Shown in pieces: positions 37,770-51,773 of a stretch of 64,000 nucleotides of DNA (within the stretch, counting starts at the first letter, position 1; every line of letters begins with the position of its first letter). A program made the position numbers and the translations under genes. The stretch covers positions 15,151-79,150 of the forward strand of contig NW_021836315.1 in NCBI RefSeq assembly GCF_006345805.1. Reading direction: 5' to 3'. The DNA is from Octopus sinensis. Lineage: Eukaryota. A model generated the notes under the pieces. The model searched no databases. It had not been told where the DNA came from and worked only from the letters and a program-made list of their open reading frames with translations.

Positions 37770-38180
37770 AGGCGGCGTGGTGGCCGAAACGTTAGCACGC
37801 CGGGCGAAATACTTAGCAGTATTTCGTCTGTCTTTATGTTCTGAGTTCACATTCCGCCGAGATCGACTGTGCCTTTCATCCTTTCGGGATCGATTAAATA
37901 AGTACCTGTTACGCACTGGGGTCGATATAATCGACTTAATCCGTTTGTCTGTCCTTGTTTGTCCTCTCTGTGTTTAGCCTTTTGTGGGTAATAAAGAAAT
38001 AGGTATTTCGTCTGCCGCTACGTTCTGAGTTTAAATTCTGCCGAGGTCGACCTTACCTTTCATCGTTTCGGGGTCGATAAATTAAGTACCAGTTACGTAC
38101 TGGGGTCGATCTAATCGACTGGCTTCTCCCCCCCCCCCCAAAAAAAAGAATTTCGGGCCTTGTGCTTATAGTAGAAAATA
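37770..38180 (+). mobile_element. SINE family B with duplicated body and two tail types
   Basis: Body repeats after AAAGAAATAGG (~38003); second tail is GGGCCTTGTGC..ATAGTAGAAA, as in the 30071 copy. Confidence 0.85.
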
Positions 38181-39362
38181 ATATAATTACAGAAATATTA
38201 TTAAATCTCCGAACAAGAGCATTAATAAATCTCCGAACGAGATGTAAACAGTAACCGCTCGTCAACGTAAAGTGTACTAGCCATCTGAATGTGGCTAGCC
38301 ACTGGGGTGGGGGGGTTACTGACGCTTTTAGCCCCAGGAGATCGACGTCTCCAGCTGGCCTTAGACACAATTTCTGTGCCCTTATGTTATTTGCAAAGGG
38401 AGGTCATCCTCCCTCGAAAACCTAAGTGATACATACGGACTATAGTTTCAAGGTTTTTGCCTCTCGTCAACACATGGTAAACACCGGTTTTCAATGAAGG
38501 AGACCTTTGCAAACAACTATTTAATGTTTTTCCCAGCAACCACAGTCACTGATTTTCCATTCCTTATAATCAGTTTCAGGATAATACCGTTTTAAAAGTC
38601 CTAACACCTTTACCGTATTCCTGCTATGCTTCTTTATCAGTCTGAGAATTCAACGCCTCGCAACCTTTTTTACTGCTTTAGTAACTATTTATTCTACAGT
38701 CAGTAACATTACACGGTTAAAATACAGAGCAAGTGATGTCAAATTAACTTATATCTAGCTATATACATCCTTCGGCAAATGTTCTAAATTAATTAACACT
38801 CACAACAGCAATATATTCTTTGTACACACTTCGTTCAACGTCCATTTAAAATTTGTAAATTAATATATTATTTTGGTATGAAAAATTGAATTATGCCTTC
38901 TGAATTTTCTGAATTTTCTTGGAGTTTGGCTTTCTTCAATGTGATATTCAATCCTGAATTTTATCACATTTAGTACATGTTCCAAATAAATTTTGACTTT
39001 CTGTTCTTTGTTATATTGGTGACTCATAAAAATTTTTGCTAAATTGGTTAATTTCACACGCTGGAATATTCGCCTGCTTCACAAAAAAATAAATCATAGC
39101 ATAACTATGCTATAGAAAGTATGTTTTCCTCATATTAACTGCATTTCGTTTCGCATCAATATTGTGTGTGTACGTTTTCCTGTTTTCAATATTATCAATT
39201 CTATGAGAGTTTATGCGTCTGCCAATGTGTGTGTGTTTCCGCGTTCGTTTCGTCTGTAGTAAATTATATTTTACGCCGTTTTAATGAACCTACATCTAAT
39301 AAAGTAGCCAAAAACATCGTGATATTCTCATTCGTGGTAGCGAACAACTTTGAACTTGTATC

Positions 39363-39581
39363 TATTTCTTTACTACCCACAAGGGGCTAAATACAGAAGG
39401 GACAAACGGATTAAGTCGATTATATCGACCCCAGTGCGTAACTGGTACTTAATTTATCGACCCCGAAAGGATGAAAAGCAAAGTCTACCTCGGCGGAATT
39501 TGAACTCAGAACGTAACGGCAGACGAAATACGGCTACGCATTTCGCCCGGCGCGCTAACGTTTCAGCCAGCTCGCCACCTT
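39363..39581 (-). mobile_element. SINE family B
   Basis: TSD TTGAACTTGTATC (39350-62, 39587-99). Confidence 0.9.
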
Positions 39582-39833
39582 AAACCTTGAACTTGTATCA
39601 GGCACTCATCCGTCTTATGCTCTCCAGCATCTTCTTATTCTGTGGAATGAACAAGATGGGTATAATTTCAATATTCCACAGATTGAAACTGCACCATACA
39701 AAATTGGGGATGGAAGATATGCGATTTTTTTTAACGCATCGAGAAGCTGTCAGTGGACATACTGTTCATTGCGGCAGTCGATGCTGCATCTAACCCGACC
39801 CATCGTCTGAGATTTTTAACACCTCGTTCAGGT

Positions 39834-41492
39834 TTATTGTTCTACATCACTCATAAAATAAATTTGGAGAAACTTTAGTTGTTCATTAGTGGGTAGCAGG
39901 GAAACAATGAGGTCATAGACTTGTCCTTGAACTTTGAACGTCGGCATAAATCCATGTTGAGCTATCTCCTTAAATGCAACAAACGATATCATTTGAAATC
40001 CAGAGTTGTATTGTCTGATATTGTTCTGAGAATCCTTTGACTGGATGGAAATGCCTTCCAGAAGACCCCTAAGAAGTGGGTGAGGAGCTGGTATTGCTGG
40101 CACTCGTACACTATTGCCTGAGCAGCATATGCTATTAGTTTCTTTTGTCAATTTTAAAGATTAACAGAAACGACAATTTCAGTTTTGCACACCGATTGGG
40201 ACAAAATTTTCACTTCTATAAGAATGGGATGGATCACATCTTAAAGCAACTCCAGGAGTTGTGAAGAACGAATTCGTATGAGTTCTGTTTCCGAGGGCTA
40301 TTCATTTGGACCTCTGTCTAATCATTAAAACAACGTTTTATTGATTCAGCATTAAGTGCTGTACCATACCTTTCCTGATCTTGTGTAAGTCTCATTTACC
40401 TTCTCTCTTGAGGCTCCATTTAACTTGCTGCAGCATGCATTTGCTGGTCTTGGGAAAGTCTCATCTCCTTTCGGCATTGAGACTCTATTCGACGTTCTGC
40501 AGCATACGTTTGCTGCCGTCTCTTTTGAGATTCTCCCCTTTGGTTTTCTACAAGGCTCATTGATTTATACTTGTTTCTGGAGAGATAACGTATTTTCTTT
40601 GGTGGTATATTTTTTCAGTACTGTAAACAAAAATTTAAGAACACAGAAAAGAAATCATGCATTAATCTCTATTAATGTAAGCAGTTGTATGTATGTTCTC
40701 TGGGTTTTTTATTGTATGAAGTGTAAATTAACCAGATAGAAGCAAACTAGCCAAATAGAAGCACATGTATGAACCGATCATTTAACGGTAAATGCCACAA
40801 TGATTATAATAGATAAATGTCTTTACACACACACACACACACACACACAACACACACACACACATACACATTAAGCACATGCTTTAAATGTTAACTTCAA
40901 GGTAAATATGTAATTGTAAATACATTGCAACCTTTGAACTGCTCCGATAATTATTAACTGGTAATTGAACGGTAAATGTTTACCTTTATACACCTTGGGC
41001 CTCCAACCCCGTTGTTTTAGGTCATCCGTTTCACCTCCAGTCGTTCGTTATGTCAATCAACACACATACACTAACACACCATTCCGCTGTGGTGTCCGTG
41101 AAAACAGAAAGTTGCCGATGCGTAATGTTGTTCACATTAAGATATAAATTATTTATTTATTTGAAATATAATAGATGATCTTTGTGTTATCACGTTAAAA
41201 TTAAAAGTGAACTACATTATAGCGTTATCACATTAGAATTAAAAGTGAAAGAACAAAAGTGAAACATTATTTTTTTCACATTACAATATAGATCTTATTC
41301 TTTCACTTTTGACGCTATTACCGAACCGGTGCCAATGTTATATTGTTTTAATCCCAATGAAAACAAACTACATGTTGACACTTATGGGTTCTGACACTAT
41401 CACCTTGTAACATTTTATTTCATTTGGTCGAGCCGTTTGAGAATGCATAGGGAACAGACAGATAGAGAGACAGAAATTTAAATTTATATAGA
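39834..41492 (-). mobile_element. Decayed autonomous-type Helitron, 5' end plus RepHel N-terminal coding region
   Basis: 5' terminus A|TCTATATAAAT at 41492. ORF 39834..40151 ETNSICCSGNSVRVP...NIRQYNSGFQMISF...FMPTFKVQGQVY...GSLLP-like...KFLQIYF matches the conserved Helitron RepHel N-terminus; CRFC upstream. Left boundary is where recognisable coding similarity ends. Confidence 0.88.
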
Positions 41493-41749
41493 TGATAAGC
41501 AGTTTTCTTTAATATAGTACAATTGTGACTAATTCGGAGAAACCTTACTTCCATTGTTTACACAAAATCACTCTCGTAATACAACACTGACATTTTAGTT
41601 CAAATTGAAAGTGTGTAAATATTTGCACTCTTTCATGAAAACTGGTCGTTGTAGAGTAGTGTGTTTTAAATAACTATAGCTAGTCGTTGAGATAAGGTAG
41701 AATACATGTAAATGAAAATATAGTTTAGTTGGTAGCCGAAAGATTACTG

Positions 41750-41888
41750 AATATTTTGATACCACCTACGTCAAAATCTGCAACTCAGTTCTCGAATGCA
41801 TAAGGAACATACGCAGGCACGCATACACACAGAGACACACGCACAAACACACACATATACACATAAACTCTCTTTTTATATTTATAGA
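41750..41888 (-). mobile_element. Helitron 5'-end fragment
   Basis: A|TCTATAAATATAAAA followed by a GT-rich tract and TATGTTCCTTATGCATTC, as in the 41492 terminus. Confidence 0.7.
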
Positions 41889-41891
41889 TGA

Positions 41892-42535
41892 GTAGCTGAA
41901 TGACCCGGCGTTGACCGGGTAAATGCTGCTCTTATTAACTTTAGTAAACAATAAATATAAAAATATATTCTCATAAGTATTTCAAAATATTTATATTTTA
42001 TTTTTAAAAAATCATCCAAATTGTAATGATAATAGAATTTCTAACTGAAAAGATGTCAATATTGAAGCACCTCAGGGTAAACAATATTTATTGTGTAATT
42101 TTTTGTTGTTGTCGAAATGAATAAATTTGTTGGTGTTTCCAACTTGTGAGAAACCAACATAGATTGGGCCGTGGGAGAAGCGTGTAGTAGAGAGATCAAG
42201 TACAACTACCTCGTGGGATTGACCTGATATTGGTTAATTGAAATACCAAAGCTTAGTTTGACTGGAAATTGACGCGTCTTAAATCCAAATGAAACATTAG
42301 TAGGTATGAAAGGAATTTTTTGAATAAAGGTATTGTTTCCTTTGTGACTACCTGTTATGACTGTTGCCTGTAGGAGATGGAACTTCATGCAAATAACAAG
42401 GGAGTTCCGCTACACAGGGGAGGTGGGTCAGGATACCTAAACAACATAATGGGAGCACCCAATTTTAGTGTCAAGTTATTCGGTGGCATCCCAGTGGGTT
42501 TCAGTGTGTTCAGAAATTCAACAGAATATTGTTAA
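41892..42535 (-). mobile_element. Helitron 3' end with PIF1-family helicase C-terminal remnant
   Basis: Across frames: YSVEFLNTLKPTGMPP, LTLKLGAPIMLFR, LCSGT, ATVITGSHKG..FIQKIP, RQFPVKLSFGISINQ, FSHGPIYVGFSQV. Terminal hairpin ACCCGG/CCGGGT (41903-20), then CTAC (CTRR-like). Confidence 0.9.
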
Positions 42536-43024
42536 GTTAATTTTTTGGCTCAAAAAGCAAAAATCAAGGCCATGTAGGGGGACATGGAGTTATGTACAAG
42601 GAGGGTGTTCATGTAAAGAGTTCAGGCAATTTCTGGTCAAGAGAGACTTTGAACCGAGCCGTCGTCGGCATCTTCACTATCTCGTCCGGCAGCTTATTGA
42701 ACAACTTAACAATGACTGACTGTTGTGAATTGATCGAAAAGTCAATTCTGATGTATCTGTTAAATTCTGAAGAAGTTCATGAGTAAGTTTATCAGCCAAT
42801 TCATTAGTTGCTCTTTGGCTATGCAGAGGTGAGGATGGGTAGTATAGGCCATTGGTTTGATCTTCCTCACAACAGGGCCCAGCACAATGAATTAAGAAGC
42901 GGTCAGATCAGCAAGTACAGCCACTATAGCCATCCAGTTACTCAAGTTCATTGTCTGAGTTGACAAAGGATACTTTCTCAACATGAACTTTTAATTGCTT
43001 TTGGTGGAATAATGTTGTAACATA

Positions 43025-43415
43025 TCTTTATATATAAAAGAAAGGTTGTGTGTCTGTCTCCTACGATTTAGATTCCTAACTACTCCCACATTTTGCGGTG
43101 CAGTTTAACCAAAACCGGGTATCTTATAGTCGTGATTCATATCGAGCCCTTCTGGGTATTAGCGCGCGTCTACGATGAGCCTACGATTTAAAAAATAATT
43201 TACCATCATGTTTTCCATTTTAATGCATATTTTTTTAATATAAGAGAAGTAATTCTCTAAAAATGTCTACGATGAGTCAACGATTTAAAAAAAATTTACC
43301 ATAATTTTTTTTTCATTTTTGATGCATTTTTTGCTATTTTTTGGCTATAACTCTCTAAAAATGCTTTATAGTTATTTCCCTTACAAACCCGAGCAACGCC
43401 GGGCGATACTGCTAG
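43025..43415 (+). mobile_element. Non-autonomous Helitron
   Basis: A|TC...CCCGAGCAACGCCGGG...CTAG|T; near-identical to the 13148 copy. Confidence 0.9.
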
Positions 43416-43439
43416 TACAATATAAAAATATGCTACCTG

Positions 43440-43845
43440 TCATTTTGCGTATATGCTTACCTAATATAACTTCGGAGCGTCTATTAATTGTTCACTCTGG
43501 ATGTGACGATCTCCAGTATTTCTACCTGGCATAAGTTGCACACCCGCGATGTTCTGTTGTATGGTGGGGCGTTTTCTATAATAGACCAGTGGGTCGTATG
43601 GTCCACCCCTTTCAGTTTGATGCCTTCAGATGAGGTTAGATCGTGATGTGGAGTGTTTTTTGTTTACATTGGAAAATGACGTAAGACGGTTGCGAAGACG
43701 GTTTTTCATGGTTTCTCCGGTACCACCAATGTAGGTATTTCTATGTACCCGCCTTGACCTCACAATTCTAAACTACATACCTTATCACGTAGTTGTTGTT
43801 AAATCGGCATTCCACTTTTTGTCTGTAGTTACAAGTCATATTATG
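43440..43845 (-). pseudogene. Decayed Penelope-like (Naiad-type) GIY-YIG endonuclease
   Basis: Across frames: TCNYRQKVEC..., YIGGTGETMKNRLRN..TSF, STSRS, WSIIENAPPY, CNLCQVE, NRRSEV; contains stops and frameshifts. Confidence 0.75.
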
Positions 43846-45137
43846 CTTTTCCAGTTCTGTAAGCGGAGTTATTACTGGTGGTCATACTTGTTCTTTCTCC
43901 TGCAATCGCGATCTCATTTTCCTTATGCATGGATTCGAACTCCATTTGTGTAGCGTTGTTTGAACGAGTTTCTGTCAGTGATCTTTTTCAGTATTCCTAT
44001 GTGCAACCATTCTATCGTTTATTATGCTATGAGCTGCGGTTTTACCGTATGTCCCTTCCAGTTCTATCCTACTGAGTTTTGTATTATTTAGTTTGTAAAT
44101 GTAGCATTCTATGCGATCTCTCACATACGGAAGATACGTACAAAGACGTAACATTTTCAGATCCATGTGTATACAACACGCAGATATTGGAACGTGCTAG
44201 TGAGTTCATTCATATACATACACATTTCTGTAAGTGAATTTATGCAATGTATCTACTTATGTATACGCCTGTATATATCTATATGGGATGTATGTATTTA
44301 TGTATATATGTATGTATATGCATGTATATATCTATATATGTATGTGTACGCATGTTTGCATGCATGCATGTGTATGTATGTTTCTCTGTCTGTACGTGTA
44401 TATATATATATATATGTATGTATATATGTATGTATGTAGGCTTAGATATATTGATTTTTGAGTGAGATAGATGTTACGAAAGAAGATATCAAAATTATAT
44501 ATATATATATTTGATGCATAAATATATATTGAAAAGTATATTATTTTTAAGTATTGATGCCAGCTGGTTTCATATGTTATTTATTGCATTATCGCAAATG
44601 CCCAGCGGGTAATCATATTAAATATGAATTTGAAAATTCCTATTCTTTGTATTAAATAATTCTTCACTTTTTCTGCTCGTAACTTCTAAAATGGTTATGT
44701 TTTAATATTCGTCTTTCTTGAATTTATTGTTATGTCAGAGTGAATTTTAGGCAATTCTTCAATATTGCTATTGTATTCTTCTATATTATTCTTCAAAAAA
44801 GATAGCTCTTCTGTCGTTGACTTGCTGTGATTTTTTGTAAATCCTCAAACAATATTTCTTAATCCTACTCCTTACATCTGTTGTGTCTCAGAATGCGATT
44901 GTGTACCAGCCTAAATGGCTTTAAGATTTTTCTCCTGAATATTATTTTAGACGGACAAATTACTGCTTTTATAGAGTTACGTTTTCAATCGAGTCTTTGC
45001 GGTGTCATTCCCACTGGTTTAGCACGTTTGTGTATTGTGTCCGACTGCAAGCACGGTACATCCAACGCTTTCTTACTTGATTACTTAGACACAATCTAAA
45101 GTGAAAGGCCTACGTGAGCAAATATACATACATATAT

Positions 45138-45311
45138 AGGGAGAGTTTACGAAAAAAAAACAACAGACGAAGACAGGGGGTGTACAAAACAAACAGATGT
45201 ATTAGTAAAACGCTCAGGAATAGAAAAAAGTATTTTACGTTTCGAGCCTACGCTCTTGTACAGAAAGGGACACAGAAAAAAAGAGGAGAGAAAAAATGTG
45301 TGTAGTGGCTA
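45138..45311 (-). mobile_element. Solo Penelope pseudo-LTR with mutated hammerhead, in (TA)n
   Basis: Homologous to 5456-5648; TTT-CTGTACA-A-GAGCGTAGGCTC-GAAACGTA-AAA at 45266-45233. Confidence 0.8.
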
Positions 45312-46159
45312 CATATATATATATACATAAATATAGACATGCATCAAAATATAGGAAAATTTATTGTTGACAACGCACGTAAATTTGAAAAACTCGTAAT
45401 TGTTTTAAAATAAATTTATTTACGAACATACCAAACTAGGTTCAAAATATTTCTTGCTTATCATTGATAAATTTTTAATTATTAATTAGAAAAACATGCT
45501 TAGCAGTTTCAATGTTTTACAAGTTTCAGTAATATCACATATGATTCAAATATTCATAACATTCAATAATATAAAAAAGTACGTCGTTTCTGGACCTTTG
45601 ATTGAGATAGATAGACAGACAGACAGACAGACACGTACATGTATGCATACATACATACATAGAGAGACAGGACATTCTCCATTTGCTTTCCTTGAAGCAA
45701 ATCCATTTACGATGTATTAGTTACCTTGGGCTTATAGCAGATGCCTCTTACCCAAGGTTCGACGCAGTGAAGCAGAATTCGAAAGCCTGTGGAGTGAGAT
45801 CTATGAAAATTTTCTTTTATGAAATTTGATAAAACTCAAACGTTCAGAACTTATAATATTTAACGCAATGTCTAAATGGTTTTGATACGAAAATTGTTAA
45901 AAAAACGGTAAATTGAAATTTAATTTAGTAATTTTGATTATCCAATCTGTAACTCATGAACAGACATCAGGCTTCCTCACAGATTATGTATATTCACACT
46001 AAAGGAAACATTCAATAAAAAGAATGAATGTGATAAGGTGTATGGATGCGGAGGTGAAAGAAAGACAAACTAACGACCCCTGCATCCCTACATAACGAAT
46101 GTATCCCTAGTTTTTAATTTCAGAAGTATACAATTATCAGATTCTTTCATTCTTTTATT

Positions 46160-46384
46160 CTTTTTTCTTGTTTCAGTCGTTTGACTGCTGCCATGCTGGA
46201 GCATCGCCTTAGAGTGATACTTAGTCGAAGAAATCGCTCCCAGGACTTATAGTTTATAAGCCTAGTACTAGTACTTATTCTATCGGTCACTTTTGCCGAA
46301 CCGCTAATTTACGGGGACGTAAACACACCAGCATCAGTTACCGAGCGATAGTGGGGAAACAAAGACAAACACAAAGACACACGT

Positions 46385-46427
<43 letters not shown>

Positions 46428-46646
46428 TATATAAATATATATATATATATACATCTTTATACGACATACACAAACACATATATACAACGGGCTTTTCTTA
46501 GTTTCCGTCTATAAAATTCGCTCAAAAATCTTTGGTGAGCCTGACGCTATAATGGAAGACACTTTTCGCAGGTATCACATTGTGGGACTGAAACAGGAAC
46601 CATGTCGTTAGGAAGTATGCCTCTTACCACACAGCCACACCTGCGC
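46160..46646 (-). mobile_element. SINE family A (diverged)
   Basis: Full-length match. Confidence 0.85.
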
Positions 46647-47396
46647 AGTAAATAAACGTAGGTAAAAAATAGTGCACGGACTTGTTTGCTATATATACAA
46701 TATATTGTGCATTCTACTTTGAAGAAAATTATGTGAAAGAAATTAGATAAAATATATCATGATTTGAAAAAACTCAAAGTAATACAAATCTTGTCAAGCC
46801 AATCCAAAGTTTAATGAGAGTGAAATCTCCCTGTTAATGCTGTGGTTGCAATTTTAATTATGTTTGCATGGTAAAAGTATTAAAATCGACAGATGTAATT
46901 TATAATTATATATTGAAATGCATGTATACTTATACACCTGGGTTAGGTGTAAATATATTACAAATTGTGCATATTTGCATAAATTTTCACATCATAATTG
47001 CATTTTTACTCGTTAATCCATTTTCGGATTTTATATAACTGAAATATTTAATTGTGCTTTATATAAAATCTTACATCGTGCATTATATGAAATATGCAGA
47101 GAAAAATAATTGCAAATTATTGTAAAAAATGTTGCATAAGTAAGAATATAAAAATTTTATCCTGAATAAGAGGTTCTCGTACAGCAAGCCATATTTTTGT
47201 TGCCCGAATTAATATTAAAGTCTAATGATAGATATGTGGATACACATAACCAAAGAACAAAATATATATTCACATAGGCATACATACATTCGTATACCTA
47301 TATACACACATATAAACATTTATATATATATATATACACAAACATATATATATATATCAACACGTGGGGATAAAGGAAATTCCTTCTTTCTGTTAC

Positions 47397-47440
<44 letters not shown>

Positions 47441-47518
47441 TGTCAGTCAGTTTTTGTATTTACTTCTATACATACATTAGACATAATTTCATATATTTGT
47501 CTGCATGCTTCTTTATGC

Positions 47519-47554
<36 letters not shown>

Positions 47555-48023
47555 GTATATAAGGGAAGAGAGGGAGAGGGATCTATGCTCGAAATGTCAA
47601 CCCTTTATTTTCAACGAGCGTCAAGATGCTATATTCCATTCATCATTGTTTGTGTGTGGAGGATAGATTATTTCAATTGACTATACGTATAGATAGGAGT
47701 TTGTGTGTCTGTTTGTTTCTGTATTTATCTATGCACAAAACAACATGCGTAGTTGCATACAGAATCGCGTACAAACACAAATATGAAACACGTTACGTTA
47801 TATTAGCGCAATAAATCCCAGCTCTTCACTATACACAATTTTCCCTTCATAACATAGTTTTATTCAATCGTAGAACACACCTGCAAAAAGGGGAAATGTT
47901 TTGTTTTAGCTTTCATCATTTATCTCCCGCAACACTCCCAGCGTGTTCTATATTATCGATCCACAATATATTATAACAATCCACTTTTCTCTAACAATAT
48001 CGTGCTTCCAAGATAGTCTACTC

Positions 48024-48026
<3 letters not shown>

Positions 48027-48119
<93 letters not shown>

Positions 48120-48233
48120 TGTTGTATATATGTGTGTGGTGTATATGTATATGTGTGTATGTATATGTTTAAAAACACATAATATATATATTAATATATA
48201 TATAGTATGTATATATGTATGTATATATGTATG

Positions 48234-48273
<40 letters not shown>

Positions 48274-49006
48274 GTATGTATATATATATGTATTATATAT
48301 ATATGTATGTATATATATATGTATGTATATATATATGTATGTATGTATACATATGTATGTATGTTATATATATGTATGTATATATATATGTATGTATATA
48401 TATAGTATGTATGTAATAGTATGTATGTATATATATATGTATGTATATATATATGTATGTATGTATATATATTGTATGTATGTATATATATGTATGTAGT
48501 ATATATATGTATGATACATATGTATGTATGTATATATATGTAGTTATATATGTATGTATGTATATGTATATAGATGATGATATATATGTATGTATGTATA
48601 TATATATGTATGTATGTATACATATGTATGTATGTATATATATGTATGTATGTATATATATGTATGTATGTGTATATATATATATATGTATGTATATATA
48701 TATGTATGTGTATATATATATATATATATGTATGCGTGTATATATATATGTATGTATATATATATATATGTGTGTGTGTATATATATATGTATGTATATA
48801 TATATATATGTGTGTGTATATATATATATGTATGTGTGTATATATATATGTATGTATATATATATATATGTATGTGTATATATATATCTGTATGTATATA
48901 TATATATATATGTGTGTATGTATATATATATGTGTGTATGTATATATATATATGTGTATGTATATATATATATATGTGTATGTATATATATATATATATG
49001 TGTATG

Positions 49007-49067
<61 letters not shown>

Positions 49068-49530
49068 ATGTATATATATATATATGTGTATGGTATAATA
49101 TATATATATGTGTATGTTATATATATATATGTATGTGTATGTATATATTATCTATATGTATGTGTATGTTATATATATATATATATGTATGTGTATATAT
49201 ATATATATATGTATGTGTATATTACTATATATATATGTATGTGTAGATATATATATATATGTATGTGTATTATATAATATATATATATGTATGTGTATAT
49301 ATATATATGTATGTGTAATATATATATGTATGTGTATATATATATATGTATGTGTATATATATATATATGTATATATATATATGTATGTACATATGTATA
49401 TATATATATATATATATGTATGCGTGTATATATATATGTATGTATATATATATATGTATGTATATATATATATATATATAGGTATGTATGTATATATATA
49501 TGTATGTATGTGTATATATATATACACACA
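48027..49530. repeat. Very large (TA)n/(TG)n/(TATG)n microsatellite
   Basis: Directly visible. Confidence 0.95.
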
Positions 49531-50489
49531 CAGATAGTCGAAAAAGATCGGGGAGTGTATTGCTTTCATGAGAAATGTTTATGAATGCTGACTATGGCGC
49601 ATGAAATCCAGTTTTATATACCTTAAATATTGATTTCTTTGTAACGACATAAACTATATTATCACACAAAGAAAGAGATATAAAGTCAAATTGAAATAAA
49701 ATTGTGAACATGATGTTTTCTGGGGAGAAGTTAAATGTCATTTAATTATGTTATCTGTAGTATATTTGATTCGAATAATCTACACTGAAGCTATGATAAT
49801 TAAGTCTAAATATACAAAGAAAATAAATGATAAAGACATAGAAATTTTTCTCAATATCTGATAGCATAAATGGCATGCATTATATCCTGACCTTTTCCAT
49901 CGCGAAGCAGCTATCATTTTGTTATTATTCACAACTGTAGGCATATGTAATTATGTGAATTATAATATGTACAGTATGGAAACAAGTTTTATATAATATA
50001 TTTAATAAGAAGTATTTTTATTGTTTCATATAGATAAACTAACATCTCTGTAGACTATATTTCTAAAGTCGAAAGCGAGAGAAAATACCTTCATATGTAA
50101 GGTACAGTGATTGTATTTATTTTACATCTGTATATTCGTACTCATGTTGACTCCGTCATCGGGAAATATGTAATTATGACTGTCGAATGTATATGTAGGT
50201 GTGTGTGTGTGTATGTGTTTCTGTGTTCGTGTGAAGCTATGTATATGTATTATTACATCTACATAGACACACTGAAACATGCACGCATATAAAAAGATAC
50301 ATATGTGCGTGTGTCTGAGTGTTTGCCGTCAACAATTGAAGGAAACAAGAAAACACTTGCAAGTAGTGTCGTAGTTAACACCAAAACGATTTGTATCTCG
50401 TTCCAAACGTTGAATGGAGTCGTGACTGGAAGATCTCTTGTTGAACACGTGCACGCATATGCATACACACACAGACACACACACACCAC

Positions 50490-50569
50490 ACACATATATA
50501 TATATATATATTATATAAGTGTAAATATATATATAAGTGTGTATATATATTTATATATAGATATATAGG

Positions 50570-50601
<32 letters not shown>

Positions 50602-51037
50602 ATTGTGTATATATATATGTATATATATATATATATAGTGTGTATATATATTTATATATATAAGTGTGTATATATATTTATATATATAAGTGTGATATAT
50701 ATTTATATATATATAAGTGTGTATATATATTCATTATATATAGGTATATATAAATATATATATATATATGTGTTGTATATATATTCATATATATATATAG
50801 GTATAAATATATATATATATATAAGTGTGTATATATATATATATATTTAGGTATATAAATATATATAATAATATATATATATAAGTGTGTATATTATATT
50901 TATATATATTTAGGTATAATATATATATATATATATATAAGTGTGTATATATATTTATATATATAAAGGTATAAATATATATATATAGGTATACATATAT
51001 ATATATGCACACATAATATACATATATATATATATAC
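50490..51037. repeat. AT-rich minisatellite (ATAAGTGTG / ATAGGTATA units in (TA)n)
   Basis: Directly visible. Confidence 0.85.
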
Positions 51038-51356
51038 AATAGTTAGGAATTGAATAATATTCACTTGTACATCTGTATCATCAGTTATGCCTGTGTACAA
51101 ACAACTTCACAATGCAACAGCTAACAGTATTTTCAATAATGATGTACCAGAGCTACCTTAACATTCCCAGACACTGCAACTTCAGACGAGTAAATCGATC
51201 TACCTTTTATTTGTGAGCTGAAAGTGGTTCGTCTGATAATATGTCACATATATTCCTCTTTGTTGCACTAACTTCTAAACGCTATAAATACGTTCACATT
51301 CAGGAATGCTATATCTTCGTTTGTGCAGGTTTGGAAAATACTTACTAGAAAATAAT

Positions 51357-51773
51357 TACTCTTTTACTCTTTTACTTCTTTCAGTCATTTGACTGCGGCC
51401 ATGCTGGAGCACCACCTTTAGTCGAGCAAATCGACGCCGGGACTTATTCTTTTGTAAGCCCAGTACTTATTCTATCGGTCTCTTTTTGCCGAACCGCTAA
51501 GTGACAGGGACGTAAACACACCAGCATCGATTGTCAAGCAATGCTAGGGGAACAAACACACATACACAAACACTCACACACATACACATATATATATATA
51601 CATATATACGACAGGCTTCTTTCAGTTTCCGTCTACCAAATCCACTCACAAGGCATTGGTCGGCCCGGGGCTATAACAGAAGACACTTGCCCAAGATGTC
51701 ACGCAGTGGGACTGAACCCGGAACCATGTGGTTTGTTAGCAAGCTACTTACCACACAGCCACTCCTGCGCCTA
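51357..51773 (-). mobile_element. SINE family A
   Basis: Full length; TAGAAAATAA on both flanks. Confidence 0.9.

Noticed and set aside
38450-38700. Faint minus-strand resemblance to the Helitron helicase Walker A region (LIIRNGKSVTVVAG)
   Set aside because: No GxGKT motif; similarity too weak to call without a search.
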